Assembly: GCA_963666275.2 (NCBI GenBank) | Contig: CAXXOA010000001.1 | Span: 64,001 to 128,000, forward strand | From: Oceanispirochaeta sp. | GTDB lineage: Bacteria > Spirochaetota > Spirochaetia > DSM-2461 | DNA: 64,000 nucleotides | Direction: 5' to 3' | In this document: one piece after another, positions 55,622 through 64,000 of the stretch | Layout of the letters: every line of letters begins with the position of its first letter | How positions within the stretch are numbered: the stretch's first letter is position 1 | Made by a program: the position numbers and the translations under genes | The notes under the pieces: model-generated | Told to the model about the DNA's origin: nothing | Databases searched by the model: none | What the model saw: the letters and a program-made list of their open reading frames with translations, nothing else

Positions 55622-57108
55622 AAAAAAAGGCCCTCCTCGGTATTGATGCAGGCAGCAGCAGTGTAAAAATCTGTTCCTTTGCTCCGGACGGATCGATGCT
55701 TCAAAGCATTAATCGACCTGTTACGCTGCAGTTTGAACCGGGAGGGTCGGTTTCGTTTGAACCCGAAGCCTACTGGCATCTCTGCTGTTCTATTATAAAA
55801 GAGATGCTCTGTCCGGGTGATCTGGATGTTCAGGGAATCGGGTTCTCCACAGCCTGTCCATCCATGGTCTTTATGGATCATCGATTTGCTCCCGTTCGGC
55901 CCGGAATCCCCTATCTGGATAACCGGGCTTCCCGGCAGGTGAAGAGACTCAGGGAGAAGGGACTCCGTCTTGATAATCCCTACTCAGTCTCTTCCTGCAG
56001 CATAGCCAATGCCATGTGGGTCCGGGAGAATGAACCTGAAACCTGGGGGAACACTGATTCGGTCGGAATGCTCAACAGTTACCTTGCCGGTAATCTTACA
56101 GGACAGGCCGCTGTGGACTGGACTCAGGCTTCCTATTCGGGGATTTTTGATCTGAAAGCCCCCGGTCTCTGGGATCAGTCCTCTCTTGCCCTAACGGGAA
56201 TCGAAGAGGAAAAGCTCCTTCCCCCGGCAAAGCCCTTTGACAGGATAGGGACAGTGAACTCTGCCGCCTCCAGGCTTACGGGGCTTCCCGAAGGCTGCCC
56301 TGTAGCCTTAGGTGCCGCAGACACGGCGGCTGCCGCGTTTGCGGTGGGGCTGGAGGAACCCGGATGGGCCTTTGAGTCTGTGGGGACTTCGGGAGTTCTC
56401 ACTTTTGTTCTGGATAAACCGGATTTTGATCCGGTCTTTATGAACCGCTGTCATGTCTATCCCGGAAAATGGCTGGCCCACGGGGCTATGTCTCTTATGG
56501 GCGGAGCACTCGAGTGGGTGAGGAAAAAAATATGGGATGAGTATTCCACACCCTCCGAAATGGACGCGGTCCTCTCCGAATCCCGGCCCGGTGCGGGAGG
56601 CGTTGTGTTTCTTCCCTATCTGGCTGGAGAAAGGTCTCCTGTCTGGGATCCTGATGCCGTGGGAGTCTGGTACGGACTGACCCTGGCCTCGTCAAAAGCA
56701 GATATGATTGAGGCTGTTTATGAGTCTTCCGCCTACGGAATGAAGCAGATCCTGGATATAGCTTCAGAGAAGTTCGGCTGTCAACCGGGATCAATACTGG
56801 CTGTGGGAAACGGTACAAAAGGAGAATGCTGGAACCAGATCAAGGCGGATGTCCTTCAGGTGCCGTATTATCCCGTTCAAAATGCTGATGCTGCGGCTTT
56901 TGGCGCCGCTATGATGGGGGGAATTGCGTCCGGCCTGTTTTCGGGGCCTTATGATCCGCAGATACCCCAACTGCAGAAAAGCGGTAAAGAATACCTTCCC
57001 TGCGGCAACGACTTGTTCAGAGAGTATGAAAAGTCCTACAGGGTATACATCTCCCTTTACCCTGCCTTAAAGTCTATTCACGGGAATCCGGAAGAGCCGA
57101 CTTCATAG
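55618..57108 (+). CDS. FGGY family carbohydrate kinase (xylulokinase-like)
   Basis: GIDAGSSSVK, DNR, SVGTSG, FLPYLAGERSP, FGAA; ATGA overlap. Confidence 0.92.
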   Translation: MKKKALLGIDAGSSSVKICSFAPDGSMLQSINRPVTLQFEPGGSVSFEPEAYWHLCCSIIKEMLCPGDLDVQGIGFSTACPSMVFMDHRFAPVRPGIPYLDNRASRQVKRLREKGLRLDNPYSVSSCSIANAMWVRENEPETWGNTDSVGMLNSYLAGNLTGQAAVDWTQASYSGIFDLKAPGLWDQSSLALTGIEEEKLLPPAKPFDRIGTVNSAASRLTGLPEGCPVALGAADTAAAAFAVGLEEPGWAFESVGTSGVLTFVLDKPDFDPVFMNRCHVYPGKWLAHGAMSLMGGALEWVRKKIWDEYSTPSEMDAVLSESRPGAGGVVFLPYLAGERSPVWDPDAVGVWYGLTLASSKADMIEAVYESSAYGMKQILDIASEKFGCQPGSILAVGNGTKGECWNQIKADVLQVPYYPVQNADAAAFGAAMMGGIASGLFSGPYDPQIPQLQKSGKEYLPCGNDLFREYEKSYRVYISLYPALKSIHGNPEEPTS

Positions 57109-57115
57109 ATAAGTG

Positions 57116-58303
57116 TTATCTCTGGGGAAATGTGAGAGTCGCCAGGCAGCCGTTTTCGCTGTTGATAATGGAAAAGTTCCCTTTGAATTCCTCTTTCATA
57201 AGAATCTCAACAGCTGTCAGTCCCAGTCCTATATGATTTTTTCTTGTTGTAAAGAAAGGCTGGGAAATCCTATGGGCATTGTCTTCGAGAAAGCCTCCCC
57301 CATTGTCCTGGAGGGTTATTTTCAGTTCCTTGTCGGCCCTCTCCATGGAAATCACAATGGCTGGCTCGGTATTGCGGAACCGGGCCGCATCCATGGCGTT
57401 GTCAATCAGGCTTAAAAGAACCTGCATAAACCTCTCTTCCGATCCGACCACATAGGGGTTGGAAAACTCATCAGGCTCAAAGTTTATATTCTCTGGAAAA
57501 GCGGAAACAAGTGTTTTCAGCATCGAGACAGGAAGTACATCCTGAACACCCGCCGTATAGTCTTCGGCTCTTATTTCTGAAGTCAGGTCCACAATTTTAA
57601 ACTGATTGTTCTGCATATCCTCATAGAGGGTATGCAGGATTCCGGTCAGATCCGGATTTGTTTTATCCTTGTTCACTTTATTCAGCTTGTCTTTTACAAG
57701 ATTCTGAGAGTTCGTATCCAGACTGAGAATCAGCTCCTCCATGTGGCTGATGTAATCAGTCAGGAGAGGCAGCGTCCGGGTGATGGTATTCAGCTGATCT
57801 TCCAGGTCATCCAGTTTTTCGCAGGTCCGGTTCTTGAAAAAATCGAAATAGAGTTTTGTGTTCTGGGTTCTATTATCGCAGAAAAGAGGGCAGTTCGCTG
57901 TATCAGACACGGCTCTTCCCGCAGTGGCCGTAGACGTTCCGGGGAGTACTTTTGCAATTCTCTCAGTGACTTCCTCTTTTTCAAAAGGTTTTAAAATATA
58001 CCCCTGTCCTCCCAGTTCGTAACTTTTTATAACACTCTGTTTGTCTGCCTTGGCTGTAATAAACAGGATAGGAATAGGGGCCAGGACAGGATTGCTTTTG
58101 ATCCTTTTACAGACTTCGAAACCATCCATTCCGGGCATCATAATATCGAGCAGAATGAGGTCAGGACGGGATTTCTCCAGAATTTTGAGGGCTTCGGCCC
58201 CGCTTGTGGCAAAACTCAGAGAATAGATATCCTGAAGCATATTCCCCAGAAGTTTCAGGTTGGGAACAGTATCATCAACAAGAAGCAGCTTTTTTTTAGG
58301 CAT
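57116..58303 (-). CDS. response-regulator receiver domain fused to HATPase_c domain
   Basis: VDD, LLDIMMP, ITA, KPF; LIDNAMDA, DNGGG, PFFTT, GLGL; start set at MPKK overlapping the upstream kinase stop. Confidence 0.85.
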   Translation of the reverse strand: MPKKKLLLVDDTVPNLKLLGNMLQDIYSLSFATSGAEALKILEKSRPDLILLDIMMPGMDGFEVCKRIKSNPVLAPIPILFITAKADKQSVIKSYELGGQGYILKPFEKEEVTERIAKVLPGTSTATAGRAVSDTANCPLFCDNRTQNTKLYFDFFKNRTCEKLDDLEDQLNTITRTLPLLTDYISHMEELILSLDTNSQNLVKDKLNKVNKDKTNPDLTGILHTLYEDMQNNQFKIVDLTSEIRAEDYTAGVQDVLPVSMLKTLVSAFPENINFEPDEFSNPYVVGSEERFMQVLLSLIDNAMDAARFRNTEPAIVISMERADKELKITLQDNGGGFLEDNAHRISQPFFTTRKNHIGLGLTAVEILMKEEFKGNFSIINSENGCLATLTFPQR

Positions 58304-61226
58304 GCATTTCTCCCCTTTGGTTTTCAAGATGTTCTGCCAGTTCATCCATCCTGGCATTCATTATCTCAATTTCAAATTCCTGCAGGGCATGGGATAGTTC
58401 TCCGGCAAACTGACGTACCTGATCATCCTTTTTCTCCATAAGTTCGATCATTTCCATTATATCACTGCTGTCTCTGCTGTCGAGAGCCCTTCTGACAATG
58501 GAAATCTCCTCTTTGCTGAAGCTCTGCAGATTCATCCTGTTGCGGGCGTTCATCTCAGGACGGAGTTCTGACAGGTAGGATCTGACTTTGGCTAAAAATT
58601 TGTATTTCGGAATGCCGTCGGCAATGGTCTTTGTATTTTTTGTGATTCTGATGGCGTCCTTCTCGCTGTCCGAGCAGACATAAATAACCGGTATTCCCGC
58701 CGGAAGAGTCTGTCCCTTTCTGTATCTTATAATAAGAAATCCGAAATTGTCTGGAAGGTTTTTCAGTCCCGGGATATCCTTTTCGTCAATTTTCCGGATG
58801 GAGAAGTCCCAATCTTCCGGCCGGGAGTCGGTTCCGCTAAAATCCAGAGTGCTGTAGCAAACCGGTGAATCCAGAAAGATCTCAGGCATGGATTCCCATT
58901 GTACTCCGGGGAGTTTGTTTTCTGAAGGCTCTTCTAAAGGAAGGGTCAGGTTAAAAGAGCTTCCTCTGTTCAGCTCGCTGCTGAGGGATATTTTCCCCTT
59001 CATAAGACTTATAAGCTGCTTTGTAATAGCCAGACCGAGACCGGTTCCTTCAAAATTCCTTTTATCCGCTTTTTCCTGCTGTTCAAAAGGATTGAAAATC
59101 ATTTCATGGTCCGATGGGGGGATACCGATTCCTGTATCGATAATCCTGATTTCCAGCAGCCTGTCACCGTCCCGGTAGGACAGTTCCACCGAAACAAAAC
59201 CGCTGGGTGTGAATTTCAGGGCATTTCCCACAAGGTTTATCAGGATCTGTCGGATTCGAACAGGATCATTGAGAAACGTTTCGGGAAGTCCCGCTTTCAT
59301 CAGGATCCGGAAGGAAAGATGGCGCTCTTTTGCCTGGAAGCTGAACATCTGGTAAATCTGCTCAAAGAATGTACGGGTTTCTATGGTGCTCCTGCTGATG
59401 GTCATCTTTCCCGCTTCAATTTTTGAAAAGTCCAGAATATCTGTGATCAGGCTCTTTAGAATTTCACTGCTGGATACCAGGTTTTTCAGGTATCCCTGTG
59501 CTTTGCCTTCGGTAATTTCTTCCGAGAGAAGTTTGGAAAATCCGATGATGCCGTTCAGTGGGGTCCGGATCTCATGGCTCATGTTGGCAACAAAGGAACT
59601 TTTCATGATAGAGGCTTTTTCGGCGTGATCTCTGGCGGAAATAATGGCCCTGCGGGCCTCTTTCATCTGGGTTATATCCAGACAGGTAAAGGCTATCCCC
59701 TCCGGATTAAGCGGATCTTCCCCATACATAACACTGTTCATTATGACAGTGAAGGGTTCCTGCATCATCGAGAGAAGATCCATTTCAATCTGTCCGGGAC
59801 TATGATCGCCTCTCTGGTAGGATATTCTGACGGACTCTTTGAGTTTTGCAAGGTTCTCACTGTCAAAGAGGATTTCAAGATTCTGTCCAGTCAGTGAGTA
59901 TTCGGGGTACTCGAAGAGTTCCTCCCAGTATCTGTTGCAGTAGTGGATCTGCCATTCCATATCAGTTATCAGGACTCCGTAGTTGGCGCTGTCGGCTACG
60001 GTTTTGAAGCGCAGGGCTTCTTTCTCACTTCTCCTCAGATCTGTGGTATTGATGAGGATAATCGTTACTCCGCTGATCTCTTTTTTTTCCGAATACAGGG
60101 GAGATATGATGGCGTCGTAGTACTGCTCGCTTCCGTTATCCAGAACATAGGAGAGCTCCGTATTGATAATCACCCCGTACAGAGCGTTCTGCAGATAATT
60201 TTTCATGTGGTTGTAGAAATCGGGATATCTCTGGATGCTTTCCAGATAGGAGGTCCCCTTTTCGGTTTCCACATTGAACTGCTTCTTCATAACATCCTGA
60301 TGATAGTGGTTGAATACCCGGTACCGGAAGTTCCTGTCCAGGGAAAAAATGCTCACTCCGATGGAGGTGTTCAGAATTGAGGATATTTCCGCTGTTGTCT
60401 CGTCCAGCTGCAGAGAGGTCTTTACAAGATTCTGTTCCAGTTTCTTTTTGTATTTTTCGAGTCTTCTGTCCTCAAGTCGCTGTTCTGTAATATCATCCAT
60501 AATACCCAGAATATTATTTATCTCGCTGGAGTCCTGTTTGATGGGGACAAGGTTCAGATTGAAATATCTTACTTTGGAATCGATGACAATTGTCAGTTCC
60601 GGCAGTTTGTATATCAGCCCTGTCCTTATGACTGATGAGATGGCATCGGAGATCTCATTGATTACACCTTCAAACGCAGGAACCTCAGCGAGGCTCTTTC
60701 CGAAAAGATCTTTCTCTTCAATGCCGAAGTATCTGACCATGGCAGGATTCCAGTGAGATATCTGAAATTCCCTGTCCAGAATGTCAATCAGAAGCACTCC
60801 GAGAGGGGTATGCCTTATGAGCTGGGAAAAAAACTGGATTTTCTGATTGAGTTCTCTCTTCTGAAGTTCCCTGTCGGTGATATTATGAAGAATTATGATG
60901 CTATGATCCACCACGGTCTTCTCGTACCGTGGAATGATCACCATATCCAGATAGGCCGGAGTGGAGAAGAGGGTAATCATAACCTTCTGATGCATTACTT
61001 TACCCGACTGGAAACACTCTTCAATGGGGGGGATAATCTGTTTCAGCTCATCCGGCAGGACGTCTCTGAGATCTCTTCCCGAAAAATCTCTACTGTCCTG
61101 AACCGTCAGCATCAGGAGGGTTTCAAAACTCTGATTTCCATAGCTAATAGAATATTCTCTGTTCACAACCAGTATGTGGTCATGAATAGAGTTTAATATA
61201 TCCTGGTAGAAATCCTGATGAGACAT
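58296..61226 (-). CDS. soluble multi-PAS sensor histidine kinase
   Basis: several PAS/PAC repeats (NITDR, DDITE, NTTD, LDITQ); SHEIRTPLNG H-box, NLVGNALKFT, DTGIG, GTGLGL; no TM segment. Confidence 0.93.
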   Translation of the reverse strand: MSHQDFYQDILNSIHDHILVVNREYSISYGNQSFETLLMLTVQDSRDFSGRDLRDVLPDELKQIIPPIEECFQSGKVMHQKVMITLFSTPAYLDMVIIPRYEKTVVDHSIIILHNITDRELQKRELNQKIQFFSQLIRHTPLGVLLIDILDREFQISHWNPAMVRYFGIEEKDLFGKSLAEVPAFEGVINEISDAISSVIRTGLIYKLPELTIVIDSKVRYFNLNLVPIKQDSSEINNILGIMDDITEQRLEDRRLEKYKKKLEQNLVKTSLQLDETTAEISSILNTSIGVSIFSLDRNFRYRVFNHYHQDVMKKQFNVETEKGTSYLESIQRYPDFYNHMKNYLQNALYGVIINTELSYVLDNGSEQYYDAIISPLYSEKKEISGVTIILINTTDLRRSEKEALRFKTVADSANYGVLITDMEWQIHYCNRYWEELFEYPEYSLTGQNLEILFDSENLAKLKESVRISYQRGDHSPGQIEMDLLSMMQEPFTVIMNSVMYGEDPLNPEGIAFTCLDITQMKEARRAIISARDHAEKASIMKSSFVANMSHEIRTPLNGIIGFSKLLSEEITEGKAQGYLKNLVSSSEILKSLITDILDFSKIEAGKMTISRSTIETRTFFEQIYQMFSFQAKERHLSFRILMKAGLPETFLNDPVRIRQILINLVGNALKFTPSGFVSVELSYRDGDRLLEIRIIDTGIGIPPSDHEMIFNPFEQQEKADKRNFEGTGLGLAITKQLISLMKGKISLSSELNRGSSFNLTLPLEEPSENKLPGVQWESMPEIFLDSPVCYSTLDFSGTDSRPEDWDFSIRKIDEKDIPGLKNLPDNFGFLIIRYRKGQTLPAGIPVIYVCSDSEKDAIRITKNTKTIADGIPKYKFLAKVRSYLSELRPEMNARNRMNLQSFSKEEISIVRRALDSRDSSDIMEMIELMEKKDDQVRQFAGELSHALQEFEIEIMNARMDELAEHLENQRGEMHA

Positions 61227-61292
61227 CTTTTACTTTTCTTCTTCTTTTCAAAAAAGTCTAATTGTTCATAGAGGGGAATGCAAATCCTCTCT

Positions 61293-62162
61293 TCAGATTT
61301 CTATACCGATAAATTCCTTGATGAGGATCCCGATCAGAAAGGACAGTGCGGCAATTCCCAGGGATATGCCCGCCATCTCAAGAAAGCGGCTTCTGAAGTT
61401 GTAATCTTTTGCAACAGAAATATAAAAGTTGAAACAGAAAATTATGAATACAGCCAGAAGGAGAGAGATCCCCAGGCAGATGAAAGGATTGAGAGACAGT
61501 GTAAAAGGAAAGACCAGGACTATGACTGTAAGGACATAGGCTATCCCTGTATAGAGGGAGGCCCTCCCCGCGTTTTCTCCCCCTTCATGGCGTGTCGATA
61601 GGTATTCGCTGGCCGCCATGGAAAAGGAAGCGCTGATTCCTGTAATGAGACCTGTCAATCCTATCAGTTTGGTATCCTGAAAGGCTATGGTATAACCGGC
61701 CAGAGCTCCCGTCAGTTCCACAAGGGCGTCATTAAGACCGAGGACGATAGATCCCACATATTTGAGTCTGTCCTCGTCGAGCATGTCAATCAGCTCCTGT
61801 TCATGCCTCTCCTCATCGGCTATCACATCGTTGAGATAGTTCAGGTTCCTGTCATGATCTCCATAATTCTCCTGGGCTTTTCCTTCGGCTTTTTCAAGCA
61901 TTTTTAAGCCGAAGGTCAAGCCGAAAAGGCGGACAAACCAGAAATGGAGCCAGACAAAAAATTTTCCAGGTTTCAGTTCCACTCCAGTGAGGGTTTTCAG
62001 CCTCTGGTAGTGTTTCATTTCATCTTTTGCAATATGTTCCAGAGTTTTCCGGTTATGACTGTCTTTTGTGACTCCGGCGATCCTTGTATACAAATGATAG
62101 GCATTGATTTCATCCTGCTGATCCTGGAGCAGCCATTTCATTACTTCCGGTTTTATATCCAT
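61293..62162 (-). CDS. rubrerythrin/ferritin-like domain fused to VIT1/CCC1 transporter domain
   Basis: DEMKH and DEERH diiron motifs; VLGLNDALV, SFSMAASEYLS; GGGAG RBS before ATG 62162. Confidence 0.88.
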   Translation of the reverse strand: MDIKPEVMKWLLQDQQDEINAYHLYTRIAGVTKDSHNRKTLEHIAKDEMKHYQRLKTLTGVELKPGKFFVWLHFWFVRLFGLTFGLKMLEKAEGKAQENYGDHDRNLNYLNDVIADEERHEQELIDMLDEDRLKYVGSIVLGLNDALVELTGALAGYTIAFQDTKLIGLTGLITGISASFSMAASEYLSTRHEGGENAGRASLYTGIAYVLTVIVLVFPFTLSLNPFICLGISLLLAVFIIFCFNFYISVAKDYNFRSRFLEMAGISLGIAALSFLIGILIKEFIGIEI

Positions 62163-62258
62163 TCTAACAAACTCCCGAGGCAGAAAGCTGCCGTCTGTCA
62201 ATATTTGTTTTTTATTAAACGGGATTGAGATCTTCTTGGCAACCCCTCAGGGGGGCGG

Positions 62259-62290
62259 AAAAAAAGGGACCACATGGTGTGATCCCTTTT
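62259..62290 (-). terminator. terminator after cstA
   Basis: GGGATCACA/TGTGGTCCC stem followed by T7 on the minus strand. Confidence 0.7.
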
Positions 62291-62319
62291 CTCATTCTAC
62301 TGCTGACTGGAGCAGAAGA

Positions 62320-63933
62320 TCAGACTGATTCCGCTGCCAGTTTCTGTTTCTGTCCGAAAAGGATCTTGTAGGATTCCTTGATAAGGACAAGAGCCAGAAT
62401 GAAAAGGACAACCGCAAAGAATACAAGCACATAGTTTCCGGCGGCAATGTTGTTTTTCGCCAGAATCACAAGTGCTGTCAGGGTCACAAGGAACATAAAA
62501 ATCATGGGTATTTTTACCATTCTGTTGTCTTTTCCTGTCTGAGCGAGCCAGGCTCCAATGGCCAGCAGGGCCAGTGCGGAAAGCAGCTGGTTGGCAGATC
62601 CGAAGATCGGCCAGATGGTGCGCCAGTCTGTAAAACCGACAGCTCCGCCTATGGCGACGGAAATGGCTGTTGCCACATACATGTTTGAAAGAACTTTTGC
62701 AGTGGCACTTTTCTCCTGCTCTGCCGCTTCCATAAAAAACTCCTGGAATACAAAGCGGGCAAGTCTTGTGGCTGTATCCAGACTTGTCAGAGCAAAGGCG
62801 GAGATTGCCAGGGCTACAAAGGGAACACCCACAGACATGGGCAGACCGAAGGCATTCATAAAGGTTCCGACACCCACAGAGAAGGTCTTAATCGCTCCGC
62901 CCTCCTGCATACCTACCGCACCGATGGCAATAAGGGCAATAACGGCCAGAACACCTTCAATCAGCATACCGCCGTATCCGATGAGTTTGGCATCGTCTTC
63001 CTTGTCTATCATTTTTGATGAAGTTCCGGATCCAACGAGTGAATGGAAACCGGAAATGGCACCGCATGCTACTGTTACAAACAGAATGGGGAACATCAAT
63101 GAACCTTTTATATTAAAGGCTGTGAAAGCAGGGACTTCGGTCATGCTGGGGGCTGCTATAAAAAGACCTAACAGAGCACCGCCGATCATCGCATAAAGGA
63201 GGAATGAGTTAAGGTAATCCCTGGGCTGGAGCAGGATCCATACAGGAGTGACAGAGGCTACGAAAATATAGGCCAGAAGGATCCACATCCAGGCTGTTAC
63301 AGACAGGGAAAGGGGAAAAAGCATTCCTATCCATATACAGATCACAAGGAGGATGGCTCCGATAATGCTGCTTATTATCAGATTGGTTTTTCTTCTGTAA
63401 ACGGAAAAACCGAAAAGAACAGCAACAATGATAAAAAGCATGGAGGCTGTAGCTGCCTGGGGGGTGGCGGCAAAGGTGACGGCAACAATATTCAGAAAAG
63501 CCGCAACAACAAGGATCAGAGTCAGCCAGGCAAAAATGGCGAAAAGTCTTTTGCCTCTTTTGCCAATATTCTTTTCTATAACTTCACCAATGGAATTCCC
63601 GTCATGTCTGATGGAGGCAACCAGAGCTCCGAAGTCATGAACGCCTCCGAAAAAGATGCTTCCCACAATAATCCAGAGAAGAACAGGTACCCATCCGAAG
63701 ATGGCTGCTGCGATTGGTCCGGTAATAGGGCCGGCGCCGGCGATGGATGCAAAATGGTGACCCAGAACAACCCCTTTTGAGGCCGGTACATAATCCACAC
63801 CATCTTCTTTCTCATGAGAAGGTGTAATCCGTTTGGGGTCGATACCCCACTTTTTGCAGAGCCAGCCGCCGTAGAAAATGTAGGCGACAACAAAGGCAGC
63901 TACAGCAAAAAGGATGATAATTAAAGAATTCAT
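62320..63933 (-). CDS. cstA: carbon starvation protein A family transporter
   Basis: DGVDYVP, GHHFASIAGAGP, QPRDYLN, ACGAISGFH, TSLDTATR, WPIFGSANQL. Confidence 0.96.
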   Translation of the reverse strand: MNSLIIILFAVAAFVVAYIFYGGWLCKKWGIDPKRITPSHEKEDGVDYVPASKGVVLGHHFASIAGAGPITGPIAAAIFGWVPVLLWIIVGSIFFGGVHDFGALVASIRHDGNSIGEVIEKNIGKRGKRLFAIFAWLTLILVVAAFLNIVAVTFAATPQAATASMLFIIVAVLFGFSVYRRKTNLIISSIIGAILLVICIWIGMLFPLSLSVTAWMWILLAYIFVASVTPVWILLQPRDYLNSFLLYAMIGGALLGLFIAAPSMTEVPAFTAFNIKGSLMFPILFVTVACGAISGFHSLVGSGTSSKMIDKEDDAKLIGYGGMLIEGVLAVIALIAIGAVGMQEGGAIKTFSVGVGTFMNAFGLPMSVGVPFVALAISAFALTSLDTATRLARFVFQEFFMEAAEQEKSATAKVLSNMYVATAISVAIGGAVGFTDWRTIWPIFGSANQLLSALALLAIGAWLAQTGKDNRMVKIPMIFMFLVTLTALVILAKNNIAAGNYVLVFFAVVLFILALVLIKESYKILFGQKQKLAAESV

Positions 63934-64000
63934 TCAATCCTCCAGTTAAAACTTTTTTCTATGATAAAAAGGATCCATCAGGATAGATTCCTTCAATCAT

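Overview
Chromosomal window from an anaerobic, carbohydrate-fermenting bacterium, most likely a free-living spirochaete (inferred from spirochaete-style signal peptides such as FAEGQQD/FAAGQQE/FGKGAQEE, the FecR-PEGA lipoprotein and single-chain PFOR; not confirmed by a search). About 52 CDS; no rRNA, tRNA, CRISPR array, integrase or transposase was recognised. (1) 120-16583: two adjacent LacI-controlled phosphoester-uptake clusters. The first has an exported MINPP-type phytase, an AfuABC/Fe3+-family ABC transporter and a HAD phosphatase; the second has PHP and HAD phosphatases and another ABC transporter. Each ends in a ribokinase-family kinase with the RxGRGD signature of pyrophosphate-dependent myo-inositol kinases, which makes this the best candidate for an undescribed system (phytate/inositol-phosphate scavenging coupled to PPi). 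(2) 16762-33554: DUF4421-like gene, an MNT-HEPN pair bracketed by a duplicated terminator, nifJ, a STAS-kinase fusion facing a CBS-PP2C phosphatase, and housekeeping genes. (3) 33561-52550: two direct copies of an RpiR/SDR/TRAP/split transketolase/2-hydroxyacid dehydrogenase operon with mosaic identity, separated by an orphan sugar-binding protein and a chemoreceptor. (4) 52594-63933: a third RpiR with aldolase, dehydrogenase and FGGY kinase, an atypical two-component pair, a rubrerythrin-VIT1 fusion and cstA. Calls come from motif reading by eye; start codons were adjusted where RBS or promoter evidence was visible.
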